From Anaerolineae bacterium (GTDB taxonomy: Bacteria; Chloroflexota; Anaerolineae; Anaerolineales; E44-bin32): 64,000 bases of DNA. The stretch is taken from the NCBI GenBank assembly GCA_011192015.1, contig DUET01000064.1, positions 9,355 to 73,354 of the forward strand, in the 5' to 3' direction. The position numbers and the translations under genes are program-made. The notes beneath the pieces are model-generated. The model was not told where the DNA came from and searched no databases. It saw only the letters and a list, made by a program, of their open reading frames with translations. Below, in pieces: positions 61,418-64,000 of the stretch (positions are counted from its first letter, which is position 1; the number at the start of each line of letters is the position of its first letter).

Positions 61418-62567
61418 TCAAGAAAAGGCACAGGCTTCTGAACAAGCTCGGAACGACGACCTTCGAAGTTCGTCCACCAATCCGGCGTCAGCCTGGGGAA
61501 CGGAACTGATCGCTGCCACCTGCGAGCACTGCGATTGGGGATTCCTCCTGCCGTCAGAAGCTTCGGACACAGTCTGCCCTCATTGTTTCCAAGGGAAGTT
61601 GAGCGCCATCGGTGAGGCTTTTGAAGGGCTTCCCTACATCTACCCACCCGAGTTGATCGTGCCTTTCTCGGCTTCTTCCGATGGGATCGCAGGCACTCTG
61701 CGTAATTTCTCGCGCTCGATCCCCTTTGCGCCGAAAGATCTGCGTGCGGAGAATCTCCAAGCAAGGCTGCAGCGCATCTTCATCCCCATGTGGCTGGTGG
61801 ATGTGGATGTTCGCGCTTCCTGGCAATCCGAGGTCGGTTTCGACTACGACGTCGTCAGCTTCCGCGATGAATTCGCCGATCGACAAGGTGGATGGAGTGA
61901 ACAGCGTGTCACGGAGACGCGCATCCGCTGGGAGCCGCGTGTGGGAAAGCTGGCGCGCACCTACCCCAACACACCCGCTCCGGCTCTGGAAAAACATGCG
62001 CAGCTTGTGGGTAAGTTGGGTGCGCATGCCCTGGATTCCGCGCAGAGCTATCACGCCTCCTCCATTCAAGACGCGTATGCGCGCTTGCCCAATCGAGCGC
62101 CCGAAGATGCCTGGTCGGATGCGATGCTGGTGCTGCGCTCCCTGGCGGCCGAAGAGTGCCGACAGGCCGCGGAAGCCAAACATCAGCGTGATTTCCGCTG
62201 GAGCCCCGAATACTCGAACCAACACTGGACGCAGGTGCTCCTGCCGATCTATACCACCCATTACTTCGACGATGAGAAACAGCCGCAGCCGGTGCTCATC
62301 CACGGCCAGACAGGGAAGATACAAGGTGCAAGGCGCGCCTCGATCCAACGCGCCCGAAACGCATCCCTGCTGATGTTCGGCTTGGCCTCCATCCTGGGAT
62401 TCCCTAGCCTGCTCGCCAGTGTGCTGCCGATCCTTCCGAACGAATTCCGCGCACTCGCCGGCTGCCCCTTGGCCCTCTCCCTCCTGCTGGGCATCCTATC
62501 CATCATCCCCATCGCCGTGGCCTGGCAGTTCAATCGCCGGCGAAGGATCGAAAACCAGCGCCTTTGA
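61407..62567 (+). CDS. Paralogous zinc-ribbon membrane protein
   Basis: CEHC, CPHC; FIPMW; HGQTG; two C-terminal TM helices; overlaps the upstream gene. Confidence 0.7.
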   Translation: MMSDQEKAQASEQARNDDLRSSSTNPASAWGTELIAATCEHCDWGFLLPSEASDTVCPHCFQGKLSAIGEAFEGLPYIYPPELIVPFSASSDGIAGTLRNFSRSIPFAPKDLRAENLQARLQRIFIPMWLVDVDVRASWQSEVGFDYDVVSFRDEFADRQGGWSEQRVTETRIRWEPRVGKLARTYPNTPAPALEKHAQLVGKLGAHALDSAQSYHASSIQDAYARLPNRAPEDAWSDAMLVLRSLAAEECRQAAEAKHQRDFRWSPEYSNQHWTQVLLPIYTTHYFDDEKQPQPVLIHGQTGKIQGARRASIQRARNASLLMFGLASILGFPSLLASVLPILPNEFRALAGCPLALSLLLGILSIIPIAVAWQFNRRRRIENQRL

Positions 62568-62765
62568 GTTTGCGCTAAACTCGATACCAGGGGGCGACCA
62601 TGGGTGCATGCTCATTCGCTTGGATTCCACCCGGCTGCTCTCGGAGGTGAACTGCTCCTAAGTCGATCCATGGATGGCAGACATGCCTCCTGGAGTTGGG
62701 GACCCGTGCCATGCGTGCTACACTGCGCACAATAGATTCTTCATCTTGATAGAGGTTGCAGCAGC

Positions 62766-63926
62766 ATGCCCGAAAACCTCCGATCCCTCTTTCTGCTCGA
62801 TCCTGAAGCGATCTATCTCAACCACGGATCGTACGGAGCATGTCCGAGACCCGTCTTCGAGACCTACCAGCAATGGCAGCGGGAGTTGGAACGCCAACCC
62901 CTGGAGTTCCTGGACAGGCGCATCACGCATCTCATGGTCGAGGCCCGCATCGCTCTCGCCGAGATGCTCAACTGCGCCGCCGACGAGATCGTCTACTTCC
63001 CCAACCCGACCACGGCGATCAACATGGTGGCGCGCAGTTTGCGCCTGGGGTCAGGCGACGAGATTCTGAGCACGGACCACGAATACGGCGCCATGGACCG
63101 CACCTGGCGTTTCATCTGCGCCAAGACCGGAGCGCGCTACGTGCATCATCCCATCCCTCTTCCTGTGGAGACCCCCGAGGCCTTCATCGAGACCCTCTGG
63201 CAGGGCTTCAACGCGCGCACCAAGGTCGTCTTCATCAGCCACATCACCAGTCCGACCGCCCTCACCTTTCCCGTGCAGGAGATCTGCCGACGAGCGCGTG
63301 AGGCCGGCGTGCTCAATATCGTGGATGGTGCCCACACGCCGGGCCATATTCCCCTGGATCTGACCGCGCTCGGCGCCGATATCTACACCGGTGCCTGCCA
63401 CAAATGGCTCTGCGCTCCAAAGGGAACCGCCTTCCTCTACACACGCCGCGAGATGCAGCATCTGCTCGAACCCCTGGTGGTCAGTTGGGGATGGGAAGCC
63501 AATGAACCGAGTGCTTCGCAATACATCGACCATCACGAGTGGCAGGGCACGCGCGATCCTTCGGCATTCCTGACCGTGCCGGCGGCGATCGCGTTTCAGC
63601 ATCAGCATGATTGGGACCTTGTGCGTCAGCGCTGCCATCAACTTGCCTGTCAGACCCGCGAACGCATCCAGGCGCTCACCGACCTGCCGCCCATTTGCCC
63701 CGAGGATGATGGCTGGTTCAACCAGATGTTCGCCGCCCGCCTGCCCGAGGTGGATCCCGACGCACTCCAACAGCGGCTGCTGGAGGAATTTCACATCGAA
63801 GTGATCGTGCGGTTTTGGAATGACCAACCCCTGATCCGAGTATGCTTCCAGGGTTACAACGACACCTCAGACGCCGAGGCCCTCATCGATGCTCTTAGGA
63901 TCTTGCTTCCCCAGATGAGCCTGTGA
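62766..63926 (+). CDS. Class V PLP enzyme (isopenicillin N epimerase / cysteine desulfhydrase-like)
   Basis: LNHGSYGACP, SHITSPT, VDGAH, ACHKWL, GTRD. Confidence 0.9.
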   Translation: MPENLRSLFLLDPEAIYLNHGSYGACPRPVFETYQQWQRELERQPLEFLDRRITHLMVEARIALAEMLNCAADEIVYFPNPTTAINMVARSLRLGSGDEILSTDHEYGAMDRTWRFICAKTGARYVHHPIPLPVETPEAFIETLWQGFNARTKVVFISHITSPTALTFPVQEICRRAREAGVLNIVDGAHTPGHIPLDLTALGADIYTGACHKWLCAPKGTAFLYTRREMQHLLEPLVVSWGWEANEPSASQYIDHHEWQGTRDPSAFLTVPAAIAFQHQHDWDLVRQRCHQLACQTRERIQALTDLPPICPEDDGWFNQMFAARLPEVDPDALQQRLLEEFHIEVIVRFWNDQPLIRVCFQGYNDTSDAEALIDALRILLPQMSL

Positions 63927-64000
63927 TGGGAGGAAAGGGAGTCGTGCGCTGATGCTGCCACAGCCCGGGATCTCAGGACAAGAACGCGAATCTACCGATC

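Overview
GC-rich, gene-dense chromosomal segment. Gene content and protein style suggest an Anaerolineae (Chloroflexota) bacterium; this is an inference, since no rRNA is present. About 63 CDS and one tRNA-Arg(CCT) are supported. I found no CRISPR array, integrase, transposase or prophage. Main blocks: (1) secreted/envelope proteins (LysM-SH3-SGNH, ASST-like, WD40, fused DppBC permease, META, M23); (2) mutY, clpC and an ssb-DUF3467-translin / nadK-B-box-recN cluster; (3) sdhCDAB divergent from a Rieske / split cytochrome b / diheme cytochrome c complex; (4) a Tad pilus locus split by a TetR-SDR cassette and preceded by a Cas4-like + DEDD dual nuclease; (5) an F420 LLM operon, ECF/anti-sigma, PadR/HAAS, csp, lipA, focA and staygreen; (6) an MrfA-like DUF1998 helicase with an internal HNH nuclease, divergent from an atypical Fpg. 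The best candidates for under-described biology concern DNA repair and nucleic acids: a translin/TRAX homologue behind an ssb promoter overlapped by a LexA-type box, the helicase-HNH fusion, the dual nuclease and a MutY with an intact Nudix box. All family calls come from motif recognition by eye, not database searches.
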